A stretch of 64,000 nucleotides of DNA from Bacteroidota bacterium (GTDB lineage Bacteria; Bacteroidota; Ignavibacteria; UBA10030): positions 870 to 64,869 of the forward strand of contig JAKAJH010000008.1 of NCBI GenBank assembly GCA_021813905.1, given 5' to 3'. The notes under the pieces are model-generated. The model did no database searches, was not told the origin of the DNA, and worked only from the letters and a program-made list of their open reading frames with translations. The translations under genes were made by a program, and so were the position numbers. Shown piece after piece: positions 10,443 through 19,680 of the stretch (position 1 is the stretch's first letter; every line of letters starts with the position of its first letter).

Positions 10443-10925
10443 ATGAGTCCTTCGAATCTCGAACGCATGATCGAACTGGCGACGAGCTTTTTCGACGCAA
10501 AGAACGACCCCGATCAAATCTCCGTCACGGAACACGATATCGAACGGCTGCGGGCGCTTCACCCGGCCTCGCTGTCGGAATCGACCGATGCGAACGGTCC
10601 GATCGCGTGGATGCTGGTCATTCCCACGACGGCGGCACTGATGGAACGCTTCCTCGCACGCGAAATCGGGGAACAGACGCTGCTGGACGAGACGCCGCCG
10701 GGGGGATCGTATGACGCACTCTATCTGTGCTCCGCCCTGGTGCTTCCGGAGTACCGCGGAAAAGGCGTGGCACGCACGCTTCTGGATTCGGCGATCGCGG
10801 CCATTCGTGCGGACCATCCGATCCGGACGCTGTTCTATTGGGGATTCAGCACGGAGGGAGAACGACTGGCCGTCTTGGTCGCACGGGCATGCGGCCTCCC
10901 GCTGCGACAGCGGGCCGATTCGTGA
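10443..10925 (+). CDS. GNAT-like N-acetyltransferase (putative)
   Basis: 160 aa. YRGKGVARTLL resembles the acetyl-CoA-binding motif A (Q/R-x-x-G-x-G/A) of GNAT enzymes. No other recognisable motif. Confidence 0.45.
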   Translation: MSPSNLERMIELATSFFDAKNDPDQISVTEHDIERLRALHPASLSESTDANGPIAWMLVIPTTAALMERFLAREIGEQTLLDETPPGGSYDALYLCSALVLPEYRGKGVARTLLDSAIAAIRADHPIRTLFYWGFSTEGERLAVLVARACGLPLRQRADS

Positions 10926-10944
10926 ATCCGACGGCTGCGCCGGT

Positions 10945-12096
10945 TTACTTCAGATACACAACCTTCCGAACCTCGCTGACCGGCGGGAATCCCCCCTCCG
11001 CCGGTATCACCTCCACCCGACAGAAGTACACGCCTCCGCTGACCTCCGGCGTCCACCGGACGTCAGAAACTCCCGGCTCCGCCATGCCATCCGCGAGATG
11101 CGCCACCTCCTGCCCTTTCAGCGAGAAGACGGTCACCACCACGCGGCTCCGCACCGCCAACCGATAGCGGATCGTCGTCGAGGGATTGAACGGGTTGGGA
11201 TAGGCCGGCTCGAGTGCGAAGATGGAGGGACTCGGCGGCGGCGGAACTGCGTTTACGGACGGGACGATCGGTTCACCGGCATTGACCCAGGCAGTGTATA
11301 ACAGACAGGCGTAGCGTTGCGCCGCATGCTGCAGCAGCATTGTCGTAAAGGCTCCTGTCCGTTGCCACAGCGCGGTATAGTAGGCCGAAGGGACGGTACC
11401 GGATCCGCTCCAGCCGGAGAGGAGCTTCGCGTCCGTGTCCGCCGCCATGATCGAATCGACGTACTGGGATGATTCGCCGATGTACCCGAAGACAAAATCG
11501 AGCGGTCGATCGACGAATGTTGCGCCGGATGCGGAAAAACCGATGATCTGCTGATACTGGTCGATCATCCCGCTTTCGTGGCGCGAGTGAATGCCCCGGT
11601 TTCCGGTGAGTTGTCCGTCATAGTTGACCGTGCAGTGGAGCGGCTCGTGCGCGTCGGCGACGTAATGTCCGAGATCCGCCGCCGTGGACCAAACCAGCGT
11701 CCAGTCTCCGCGCCGCATCCGGGCCGTCAACGAGTCGACGGCGGCGACGGTCGCCCAGGGAAGCAGGCCGTTGCTCTGGACGCGGGTTGCGCCGTAGCGC
11801 GCGATCATGGAGTCGAGGGTGTGCGGAAGTGTGCCGGCGGCGAACTCCGGATAATCGTCGATGTCGATGTAATGCTTCGGCGCTTCGGTCGGATCACTGC
11901 TCTTTCGTGTATCGGCGTTGGACGCATAGCTCGCCAGAAGCGAAGTCCGGGCCAGGAATCCGGCCATTCCGGGAGGCAGATCAGCCGGACCTGCCGCGTT
12001 CACCATGCGGTGAGCAGTCGCGCCCCACCCACCGAAGAGAATGAGGCAGGCACACGAAACGGCAATGACGGGGAGAGCCGAGAAGCGAAATCGCAT
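10945..12096 (-). CDS. S1/P1-type zinc nuclease with T9SS C-terminal sorting domain
   Basis: The track ORF runs 10945-12324. I place the start at the internal ATG (MRFRFSALPVIAVSCACLILFGGWGATA, a signal peptide). S1/P1 nuclease features are present (WGATAH, HYIDIDDYPE, EPLHCT). The C-terminal AYPNPFNPSTTIRYRL...VYFCRVEV...KVVYLK is a type-A CTD. Confidence 0.8.
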   Translation of the reverse strand: MRFRFSALPVIAVSCACLILFGGWGATAHRMVNAAGPADLPPGMAGFLARTSLLASYASNADTRKSSDPTEAPKHYIDIDDYPEFAAGTLPHTLDSMIARYGATRVQSNGLLPWATVAAVDSLTARMRRGDWTLVWSTAADLGHYVADAHEPLHCTVNYDGQLTGNRGIHSRHESGMIDQYQQIIGFSASGATFVDRPLDFVFGYIGESSQYVDSIMAADTDAKLLSGWSGSGTVPSAYYTALWQRTGAFTTMLLQHAAQRYACLLYTAWVNAGEPIVPSVNAVPPPPSPSIFALEPAYPNPFNPSTTIRYRLAVRSRVVVTVFSLKGQEVAHLADGMAEPGVSDVRWTPEVSGGVYFCRVEVIPAEGGFPPVSEVRKVVYLK

Positions 12097-12199
12097 CACA
12101 GGAGTACAGAACCTTTCCGGAGAGACTGATGATGGATGAGAATACCCGGCACGCGACCCAATCGCCTGTCGCCGGCTTCCCATGCTCCGGGCGCACGGC

Positions 12200-13303
12200 T
12201 CATCGTTGCAGACCCGGCTGATAGTCGCGCGGGAGCATCTCCGCGGCGCGCTCAAATGCCCAGTACCCGCGAACGATCGTCCCGAAGGTATCCACGACGT
12301 GGCCGTCCAGCGCGATGGTGACATCGGACTTCGTCAGGCACAGCCAGGACACCTGTCCCGAAGAGACCCCGGGGGGATGAAACAGGCGCCCTTCGAACCC
12401 GTCGTAGGCCCGATCTTCTTCTTCGTTGACATAGCGTACGACCAGGCAATCGTCGAACCGGAGCATGCGGGTGGACGGCGTTGAACCTCCGGAGAGCAGA
12501 GAAGACGGCTCCATCTCCATCGGCCGGCCGTCCAGCGTCCGATCACCGTGATACAGCTCAAATCCCTCCGCGCGAAGCGTCCCCGCCAGCAGCGAACGGA
12601 GGAAGTGCATCAGCGAGCCCCGATACGCCCTCATCCGGTTCACGATCCATTCCCGCTCCTCATCCGCCGACCGCGCTTTCAGCGGCTCAAAGCGCGGAAT
12701 GACATCGGAGTAGAGCTTCTCGTCACTGCGGAAGAACTTCCGGATCACCAGCGAAAGCCGGTAGCCCAGGGCATGATTCTCGATGACAAGTGGCGCCGTT
12801 CCCGCATCCACCTCGAACCCCCCGTGCCCGTCGTCGACGCTGAAATTCAGGATTTCCGGATTGACAATCGTGCATCGGCGGGCATTCGGTGTCGTACCGA
12901 TGAGCAGACGCCGGAACTCCTCCAGATTGCGCATCCATTCCACCGGCGGAACGCCGCTCACATCCACCGGCGGCGTCTGCAGGATCGTCGGACGCAGTCG
13001 AAGATCGAAGCGATGGGACGCGGTATCGTACAGTGCGACCGCCCCGATCACCGTCTCGTAGCCCACGAGTGATGCGATCAACCGGTATGTACCCGTGGGG
13101 ATGTGCGTGATGGCAAATCGCCCCGCGCTGTCGGCTGCGCACCCGAACGTCGTCTGTTCGAGGAAGACGTTCGCATGCATCAGCGGGACGCCGGTCGAGT
13201 CGTCCACGACCGTGCCGGTGATCGTCCCCTGGGCACGCAGTTCGGAGACGGGCAGTTGCACTGCCAGAAGGCACAGGAGAGGAAGTAAGGGAAGGAACTT
13301 CAT
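12200..13303 (-). CDS. carboxypeptidase-regulatory-like (CarbopepD_reg) domain protein, secreted, function unknown
   Basis: 367 aa. Signal peptide MKFLPLLPLLCLLAVQLPVSELRAQ, followed by GTITGTVVDDSTGVPLMHANVFLEQTTFGCAADSAGRFAITHIPTGTYRLIASLVGYE (CarbopepD_reg_2-type beta-sandwich). Confidence 0.6.
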   Translation of the reverse strand: MKFLPLLPLLCLLAVQLPVSELRAQGTITGTVVDDSTGVPLMHANVFLEQTTFGCAADSAGRFAITHIPTGTYRLIASLVGYETVIGAVALYDTASHRFDLRLRPTILQTPPVDVSGVPPVEWMRNLEEFRRLLIGTTPNARRCTIVNPEILNFSVDDGHGGFEVDAGTAPLVIENHALGYRLSLVIRKFFRSDEKLYSDVIPRFEPLKARSADEEREWIVNRMRAYRGSLMHFLRSLLAGTLRAEGFELYHGDRTLDGRPMEMEPSSLLSGGSTPSTRMLRFDDCLVVRYVNEEEDRAYDGFEGRLFHPPGVSSGQVSWLCLTKSDVTIALDGHVVDTFGTIVRGYWAFERAAEMLPRDYQPGLQR

Positions 13304-13384
13304 CGGCGCCTCGGGTGCGGGCGAGTGATCATCGGATCCCGCTTCCGTGAGTTCAACCGGGGATCGTGCTATCAGGCCCGGTCA

Positions 13385-14035
13385 TCAGAGATTCAGAAGC
13401 TCATCCACGGAGATCGCGGAAAGATCCGGCACTACGATATCCGCGTTGGGCAGGCGTTGCCGCGTCCCGATGCCGAGGGCCTTCATGCCGGCGCGGCGCG
13501 CCGCTTCAATGCCGGCGACCGCATCTTCAACGACCAGGCAGCGCTCAGGCGGCACATGGACGCTGCCAGCTGCCCGCAGAAACACCTCCGGATCGGGCTT
13601 GGAGTTCTCGATCGCATGTCCGTCCACGACCGCATCGATCAGATGGCCGATCTTCACGCGTTCGATGATCGGTTTCGCATTGCGGCTGTTGGATGCAACG
13701 GCGATTCGGATCCCGCGGGTGCGAAGCTGCTGCAGCACCGACAGCGCGCCCGGGAGGAGTTCGTCCGGCGTCACCGAGGCGAGCGACTCCACGAAGTAGC
13801 GGTTCTTCCGGTCGGCCAGTTCTTTCTTTTGTTCGGGTGTGTACGCGCGTCCGGAGGCCTGCGTAATGATTTCGATGCACTGCATCCGCCCGACGCCCCG
13901 GAACTTGTGATTAAACTCGTGGTCGAAGAAGTCGAATCCCTCGTCGGCCGAAATGCGCTGCCACGACCGGAAATGATACTCATCGGTGGAAACCAGAACG
14001 CCGTCCAGATCGAACAACACCGCATCAATCTTCAT
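13385..14035 (-). CDS. pgmB: beta-phosphoglucomutase / HAD-IA hydrolase
   Basis: 216 aa. HAD motif I is FDLDGVLV. The cap and core resemble beta-PGM (RGVGRMQCIE, VASNSRNAKPII, GHAIENSKPDPEVFL, VVEDAVAGIEAARRAGM). Confidence 0.75.
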   Translation of the reverse strand: MKIDAVLFDLDGVLVSTDEYHFRSWQRISADEGFDFFDHEFNHKFRGVGRMQCIEIITQASGRAYTPEQKKELADRKNRYFVESLASVTPDELLPGALSVLQQLRTRGIRIAVASNSRNAKPIIERVKIGHLIDAVVDGHAIENSKPDPEVFLRAAGSVHVPPERCLVVEDAVAGIEAARRAGMKALGIGTRQRLPNADIVVPDLSAISVDELLNL

Positions 14036-14124
14036 TGGTTCGTGGCTCAGTTCTCAGAGATAGGAATCGATGACTCGTTCAATGTACGGACAACCGTGAG
14101 ACTTTTCAAAGGACGAATCACGCA

Positions 14125-15504
14125 TCAGCGCAGCAACACAAGACGCAGCGTGCGAGCCTCTCCCCCGGACAGAACGCGACAGAGGTACACTCCGCCCGCC
14201 ATTCCGGCGGCGTTCCACCGCGTCTCGAACGTCCCGGCCGGCAAAGAACCCTCAAGCAATGTCGCCACCTCTCTTCCGAGGAGGTCGTAGATCCTGACGC
14301 TCACGGGCGCGGCGGTTGCAAGAGAGATCCGGATGGTCGTCGACGGATTGAAGGGGTTCGGATAGCTCGACAGCGCAAACCCATCGGGCCGCGCATGCGC
14401 CGGAAGGCGCGGCACTCCCGTGACCTGATAGCGGGCCTTCAGGGTCATGATGCGCGCGTACGACTCTTCGACGCGCGAGCGCGGGATCGCGCCCCTTTCC
14501 ACGCAAGCCGCCAGCGTATCCACCAATTGCCGGCAGAGCGAACCGCTATTCAGGGTGTTGGAGACATACAGCAAGATATCGACTCCGGCGTTGACCGCAT
14601 GCTCGGCGGCCTCGAAAAAGCCGAAATTGTCCGTGATGGCAGCCATGTTGTACAGGTCGTCCGTGATCACGACGCCCTGGTAGCCGAGCGAATCCCGCAG
14701 CAGCCCCTGGATCGTTGCACGCGAGATCGACGACGGATACACACTGTCAATCGTCGCGTTGAAGAGGTGACCGGCCATCACGATGTCCACGCGATCGGAG
14801 GCAAGCAGATCGGTGTACGGAATCAGTTCCGCGCGGGTCCAGGTGTCGGTGATGTCCGGCAGGGTCAGATGGGAGTCTGTGCCGGCACTGCCGTGGCCCG
14901 GGAAGTGTTTGAGCGTGGTGATGATCCCTCGGGCACGGAACGCGTCGATGAACGCCGCGCAGTGAGCGGCCACGATCGATGGATCGGCGGAGAAGCTCCG
15001 GCCGTAGTGTCCGATCGCCGGACTGTTCGGATTCACGTTCACATCAGCCACCGGGGCGAAGTTGAGGTTCATGCCGGAGGCACTCAGCCATCCCGCCATC
15101 ATCGCCGCCTGCTTCGCCGTCGAGTCCACAGAGGCGTACACCGTGCCCAATGTGTAGGCAGACAGAGTTGGAGCAAAGCCGTTCGACCCGTTCAGGCGCG
15201 CGACAAATCCTCCCTCCTGGTCGACAGCAATGAAGGGCGGCGTCTGCGCCGCGCCTCGGAGCTGCGCCGTCAGCTGCTGGATCTGGGACGGGGAAACGAG
15301 ATTCCCGTTTCCGGTCATCACAATGACACCGCCGAGATTCCTCTGCGAGAGGTCCTCCAGGAGACTGTCGGGAGCCGTCGAGCCGACGAATCCGGAGATG
15401 ATCATCTGCCCGATCATCGAGCGGAGGTCCACCCCGCTTTGTGCGGTCAGAGCGGACGTACGAAGCAGCAGGGCACAGCAAATCAGAACGGCGCGTCGGT
15501 TCAT
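14125..15504 (-). CDS. glycoside hydrolase family 3 (NagZ-like beta-N-acetylhexosaminidase/beta-glucosidase) with T9SS C-terminal domain
   Basis: 459 aa with a signal peptide. The GH3 N-domain signature KHFPGHGSAGTDSHLTLP is present. C-terminal CTD: SSYPNPFNPSTTIRISL...GVYLCRVL...LRLVLLR. Confidence 0.85.
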   Translation of the reverse strand: MNRRAVLICCALLLRTSALTAQSGVDLRSMIGQMIISGFVGSTAPDSLLEDLSQRNLGGVIVMTGNGNLVSPSQIQQLTAQLRGAAQTPPFIAVDQEGGFVARLNGSNGFAPTLSAYTLGTVYASVDSTAKQAAMMAGWLSASGMNLNFAPVADVNVNPNSPAIGHYGRSFSADPSIVAAHCAAFIDAFRARGIITTLKHFPGHGSAGTDSHLTLPDITDTWTRAELIPYTDLLASDRVDIVMAGHLFNATIDSVYPSSISRATIQGLLRDSLGYQGVVITDDLYNMAAITDNFGFFEAAEHAVNAGVDILLYVSNTLNSGSLCRQLVDTLAACVERGAIPRSRVEESYARIMTLKARYQVTGVPRLPAHARPDGFALSSYPNPFNPSTTIRISLATAAPVSVRIYDLLGREVATLLEGSLPAGTFETRWNAAGMAGGVYLCRVLSGGEARTLRLVLLR

Positions 15505-15684
15505 TGCGGTGGAAAAGTGATTTCTGATGGATCGACAGGAAGAACGACCGAAGGACCGGCAGGCGGGTCATGCTCGGGCGGAATCTTCACTCGGCACCGC
15601 GTTCCGCGGCGCATTGGAAGGTACAGGAATATCTTTCCGAAGTCCAGATTCCGGGAGAGGAAATGCGCTGAACCACAAACGGCA

Positions 15685-15711
15685 AAGGGCCCGGAGCGTA
15701 CCCGGGCCCTT
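15685..15711 (-). terminator. hairpin terminating the sulfur/cytochrome operon
   Basis: aagggcccgg-agcgtac-ccgggccctt: a perfect 10-bp stem, 25 nt downstream of the YeeE-rhodanese stop. On the minus strand it is followed by ugccguuugugg. Confidence 0.5.
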
Positions 15712-15735
15712 CGTCAGGAACTGCCGGTCAGGCGT

Positions 15736-16929
15736 TCAGCATCCTCCCTGGATCTTCTTCGCGGTCTTCACGACCTTGACCGCGTGCTTGCTCTCTTCAA
15801 TCTTCTTCAGGATATCGACGCGGGCGCCGGCACGGAAGGTATTCACGTCCGCGTCCCAGCGGCTGCCGGTCGAGACCGGTCCCGTGGGGTGAAGGATCGC
15901 CCGATCGAACGCACCGTATCCCCCCTCCAGCGCGGTGCAGTTCTCGTATCCGAGATCCTGCAGCAGCAGAACGGCCGTCCGCTCCTCCTGTTCGTTCTCC
16001 CCCACGATCACCTTCTTCACGTGTCGTGGAGACAGCAGCGGGATCCAGTCCTTTCCGAAGAAGTCACGGATGCGGGCGTTCACGGCATTCGGCAGTGCCG
16101 CCGCGGTGAACGCGTTCGCGCTCCGGATATCGATAATGCGGATGTTCGGCTCATTGTCCACGATCCGGAACGCCAGCTCATCCACCGGCATCACCGCCGT
16201 CGGGTGGGCGGCGATGTACTGCGGATCCGAGAAGCGTTCGACCAGCGCGGTCTTCCTGTCCGGCAGAATGAGAAAGACCACTCCGAGGAGCAGAACGCCG
16301 GCCGCCGCCGCCCGGTGCGAACCGACCGGAAACTGCAAGGACGGTGCCCCGTTCGGATCCACCTTCCGCTCGATACGCGTCGTGATGGCAAACGCGGCAA
16401 CCGCCACCACGATCAGCGCGAAGGCGAACACGCCCTGGGAAATGCCCAGCGACTGGAACACCGTGATCGCGCCGAGATCGGTCGAGTGGTAGAATCCTTC
16501 GTACAGCGGGAACAGCTCGCCGAAGATCAGCACGCCCAGCAGACCGCCGCCGACGAAGAACATCGCGTCCACCTTTCCGATCGCGGCCGCGCAGACGCTG
16601 GTGCCCGGGCAGTAGCCTCCGAGGACAAATCCCACGCCCATGATCGCTCCGCCGACAATCGCCGGCAGGAGCCAGGTCGGATTCACATAGATCACGTCGG
16701 TATCCAGAAGCCCCAGGGCGCCGAGAAGAACCACGCCGCTCATGGCGGTCACGGCGGCGGTGAAAAACACGCGCAGGACGGTGAAATCGTAGCCGTAGAA
16801 CACGCCGGCCAGCTTGCGCGATGAGGAGAAGCCTGCTTGCTCGAGCACGAATCCGAACGCGATACCGAGCAGCAGCGCAACGACGAGATTGAGTTGATCT
16901 GAGATCAGATCAGGTACGAACGGTCCCAT
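15736..16929 (-). CDS. YeeE/YedE family sulfur-compound (thiosulfate-type) transporter fused to a C-terminal rhodanese domain
   Basis: 397 aa. The N-terminal about 250 aa are a polytopic membrane domain with the YeeE/YedE GGYCPG motif. The C-terminal about 120 aa are rhodanese-like (PNIRIIDIRSANAFTAAALPNAVNARI..., ends ...KIQGGC). Confidence 0.8.
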   Translation of the reverse strand: MGPFVPDLISDQLNLVVALLLGIAFGFVLEQAGFSSSRKLAGVFYGYDFTVLRVFFTAAVTAMSGVVLLGALGLLDTDVIYVNPTWLLPAIVGGAIMGVGFVLGGYCPGTSVCAAAIGKVDAMFFVGGGLLGVLIFGELFPLYEGFYHSTDLGAITVFQSLGISQGVFAFALIVVAVAAFAITTRIERKVDPNGAPSLQFPVGSHRAAAAGVLLLGVVFLILPDRKTALVERFSDPQYIAAHPTAVMPVDELAFRIVDNEPNIRIIDIRSANAFTAAALPNAVNARIRDFFGKDWIPLLSPRHVKKVIVGENEQEERTAVLLLQDLGYENCTALEGGYGAFDRAILHPTGPVSTGSRWDADVNTFRAGARVDILKKIEESKHAVKVVKTAKKIQGGC

Positions 16930-16947
16930 GAGTTCACCTTCTTTCGA

Positions 16948-17460
16948 TCAGATCCAGAGCCGGCGGAACACATACGCGACCGCATAGCCGGTTCCGAAAA
17001 TGGCAAGCATCGTGATGAATCCCGCGGCAGAGAGCACCGCCATGCCGCTGAGGGCCGCGCCGCTGGTGCAGCCGCGGGCAAACTGCGCGCCGATGCCGAA
17101 CAAGGCACCTCCCGTCGCGGCAAAGAACCACCGGGCACGCGGACGGATACGCGGACCGGATTCGGTGACCACCTTCAGCCGGTCGGAGACGAGCCCGGAG
17201 ATGAATCCCCCGATCAGCACGCCCGCCACCTCGAAGACGAGCCACGATTTGAGCGGACTGTCCTTTCCCGGACCGACATAGGTCCCGTAGAAGTCCGACC
17301 GTTCGGCGTGGGCCGGCGCCACACCGTCCACCGCAAACACCACCAGGCTCTTGATCGCGCCGCTGGCGCCGAGACCGCGACCGGTGATGAAGATCGTTGC
17401 CAGCAGAACCAGACCGAGCAGAACGCCGGCCAGGTACGGATTCATATATTTTGTATTCAT
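16948..17460 (-). CDS. YeeE/YedE family membrane protein (half-size unit)
   Basis: 170 aa. The motif FARGCTSGAALSG is YeeE/YedE-type. The start overlaps the stop of the cytochrome b gene. Confidence 0.8.
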   Translation of the reverse strand: MNTKYMNPYLAGVLLGLVLLATIFITGRGLGASGAIKSLVVFAVDGVAPAHAERSDFYGTYVGPGKDSPLKSWLVFEVAGVLIGGFISGLVSDRLKVVTESGPRIRPRARWFFAATGGALFGIGAQFARGCTSGAALSGMAVLSAAGFITMLAIFGTGYAVAYVFRRLWI

Positions 17461-18110
17461 GAATGATCTCCTGTCGCGTTCGGTGCGGACGGAGCGTTCG
17501 TTGGTGCATCCGGCAGTTCCTCATAGCCGATGATCATGGCCTTCAGGTTGGATGTCACGGTGCGCCCCGTGGTGATGAGGTAGAGATGCGCGATGAAGAA
17601 CGCGACGAGCAGGAACGCGCCCAGCGTGTGGATCTCCGCGATCACTTCCAGACCGGCGACGTTCAGACTCAGGACCTCATAGCGCTGCGGATAGCGGTAG
17701 AACATGTAGAGGATCCCGGAGATGCCCATGGTCGGGATCACGAGGACCTTCAGACCGGCGTAGACCAGCTTCTGGAGCGGATTCAGCTTGCTGAGCACCG
17801 TCTTTCTGGTCGGATGCGGAGCGTTCCGGAAGATCCCGAACACATAGTACATCGCCTGTGCCCGGAGGTTCTTCCAGGTCGGCAAATACTGCTTCCACTC
17901 GCCGGTTGTGAAGTGCCAGAAGATGGCAAATGCCACCAGCACAAGCAGCACCGTTGCCGCCGCGTTATGATAGCGCACCGCCTCATCAAAACCGAAAAAA
18001 TGGATGTAGCCGTGGATCTCAAATCCGGTCAGACCCAGAAAGACGATGAGTCCGGCCTGTGTCCAGTGCCAGAACCGCTCAAATCGACGATAGACATATT
18101 CCTTTTTCAT
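17457..18110 (-). CDS. membrane-integral cytochrome b subunit (PhsC/FdnI/Ni-Fe-hydrogenase b-type cytochrome family)
   Basis: The track ORF runs 17457-18176. I chose the internal ATG (MKKEYVYRRFERFWHWTQAG). That start lies about 2 nt after the octaheme cytochrome stop. There are four to five TM helices with conserved His residues (WHW, HGYIHFF, IAHLYLI), typical of a di-heme b quinol-interacting subunit. Confidence 0.65.
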   Translation of the reverse strand: MKKEYVYRRFERFWHWTQAGLIVFLGLTGFEIHGYIHFFGFDEAVRYHNAAATVLLVLVAFAIFWHFTTGEWKQYLPTWKNLRAQAMYYVFGIFRNAPHPTRKTVLSKLNPLQKLVYAGLKVLVIPTMGISGILYMFYRYPQRYEVLSLNVAGLEVIAEIHTLGAFLLVAFFIAHLYLITTGRTVTSNLKAMIIGYEELPDAPTNAPSAPNATGDHS

Positions 18111-18111
18111 A

Positions 18112-19680
18112 TTACTTGACCTCCTGACGAGCACGTGAGATAAACACGCGTGCGATTCCGTGGACGAGGACGGCACCCAACGTCAGCAGAACGATGGACA
18201 GACCGATCGTCTCCACCCACGGATTGCTGTCCCTGCCCGGCAGATAGAATCCGCCCAGCTTCGCCAAACGCCCGTTGTCTCTCGTATGACATTCACTGCA
18301 TTTGACACTTTCGCTCTTCGGCGACACCATGTGGTTGACCGGCCAGTACATTTCCGTTTCGGCGAATCCGTAGGAGCCGCTGTACGGCAGTCCGACCTGC
18401 TTCATTCCCTCTTCCGCTGCCCGCTGCCAGTTGAATTCCGACCAGTAGCCGCCGTCTCCCGGCTTTGTGGAAACCGTCTTGGGCTGGATCAGAATGTGGT
18501 ACTTGGTGTCGTAAATCTGCCGCGCCCGGTGGATCTTCACAGGGTAGATCTTCGAGTCCGGATCATCGTAGCTGCCGTGCAGTTGATTGAGCATCAGAGG
18601 ACGCGACGGATCGACCGTGTCACCGGCAAGATAATGCGACGCTGTGCCATTGAACCAGACATAGTCGGGCTTGAGGTTCCGTCCCCAGACGAATGATCCT
18701 TTGATGGACATATACACATCCGTGCCGCTGGAATCCTTTACCTCGTACGGCTTGCCGTCCCGCAACTTGCCCGCGGTGGACCAGTCCCAGAAGAGTTTCG
18801 TCGGATTCACCTTCGCATAGACGGGGATGTGGCATGTCTGGCAGGCGACCTTCAGGGTGTGCTGGTTGAGGATGTCGTCGGCGTGCGGCATTGCGGTGTG
18901 GCACTGTTCGCACTGCACGCGGTTGCGGTTCATCGAGGAGACGGAGTACATCTTGCCCAGCATCTGGTGCTTTCGGGCCGTGTGGCAGTCGACGCATTGC
19001 ATATCGACGCCGTCTGTTCCCATATGGACATCTTCCGAACGTGGCGGATCGAACATCGACTGCTCCAGATCGCCGTGCTTCACGTTGTTCCCCCCGCCGC
19101 CGAAGAAGTGACAGGTTCCGCAATCGGTGCGCTGCGGGCGGCCGACATGCTGAGCCACGTACGTGAGGTTTACGGACGGATCGGGCATGCCGGCACCGCC
19201 GACCGCCTTCACATACGTATTGCTGTTGTCATGGCAGACGAGACAGTCCACATTCAGCGAATCCTTGAAATTGAAGGAAGCATCCGCATATCCATACCCG
19301 ACATGACACTTGTTGCAGCTTTGCTGGTTGCCGGAAATGCCGATGCAGAAATTATTGAAGATGTTGCGTTTGCCGACGGTCCGGATCCCTTTGCCTTCGA
19401 TGTATTCGGTCCGTTCCCAGTTCCAGTGCGTCGAGCGCATTACCTCTGCGGCACGGCCGTTGTGACACGAGATGCAAGCCGCGGTGACTTCCTCCGGCCG
19501 GGAGAAGTGACGGCGAAGCTGCGTGAACTGCGAGTGATCGACGGATGGTTTGTCTTTCACGGCGTACTTCTGCTTCAGCGCGCTCAGCGGGCTGGCATCT
19601 TCGCTGTTCTTGCGAAGCGCCATGATGACGAAGATACCGATGAGTGCGAGCGCCACGAGTGAGAAGAAGATCCTTTTCAT
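18112..19680 (-). CDS. octaheme c-type cytochrome (NrfA/ONR/OTR/HAO multiheme superfamily)
   Basis: 522 aa. Eight CxxCH motifs are read directly: CISCH, CNKCH, CLVCH, CGTCH, CVDCH, CEQCH, CQTCH, CSECH. There is an N-terminal signal/anchor MKRIFFSLVALALIGIFVIMALR and a C-terminal hydrophobic helix IGLSIVLLTLGAVLVHGIARVFI. Confidence 0.85.
   Translation of the reverse strand: MKRIFFSLVALALIGIFVIMALRKNSEDASPLSALKQKYAVKDKPSVDHSQFTQLRRHFSRPEEVTAACISCHNGRAAEVMRSTHWNWERTEYIEGKGIRTVGKRNIFNNFCIGISGNQQSCNKCHVGYGYADASFNFKDSLNVDCLVCHDNSNTYVKAVGGAGMPDPSVNLTYVAQHVGRPQRTDCGTCHFFGGGGNNVKHGDLEQSMFDPPRSEDVHMGTDGVDMQCVDCHTARKHQMLGKMYSVSSMNRNRVQCEQCHTAMPHADDILNQHTLKVACQTCHIPVYAKVNPTKLFWDWSTAGKLRDGKPYEVKDSSGTDVYMSIKGSFVWGRNLKPDYVWFNGTASHYLAGDTVDPSRPLMLNQLHGSYDDPDSKIYPVKIHRARQIYDTKYHILIQPKTVSTKPGDGGYWSEFNWQRAAEEGMKQVGLPYSGSYGFAETEMYWPVNHMVSPKSESVKCSECHTRDNGRLAKLGGFYLPGRDSNPWVETIGLSIVLLTLGAVLVHGIARVFISRARQEVK

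Noticed and set aside
12097-12324. 76-aa N-terminal extension of the nuclease ORF, and similar extensions on the PorV-like (26714-27082), FN3 (49544-49768), TonB-dependent receptor (52582-52665) and GxGYxYP (55736-55930) ORFs.
   Set aside because: The extensions are Arg/Ser/Pro-rich and precede clear signal peptides that begin at internal ATGs. For the nuclease the extension would also overlap the neighbouring gene.
14395-16824. 809-aa plus-strand ORF, and similar long antisense ORFs (e.g. 22443-24848, 46484-48823, 37536-39146, 21081-22241, 49984-51186, 6253-7557, 5197-6114, 3967-4863).
   Set aside because: They lie antisense to well-supported genes such as the GH3, YeeE, TonB-dependent receptor and RND genes. 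Their translations are Arg/Asp/His/Gly-rich low-complexity strings with no motifs, typical of stop-codon-poor antisense frames in GC-rich DNA.
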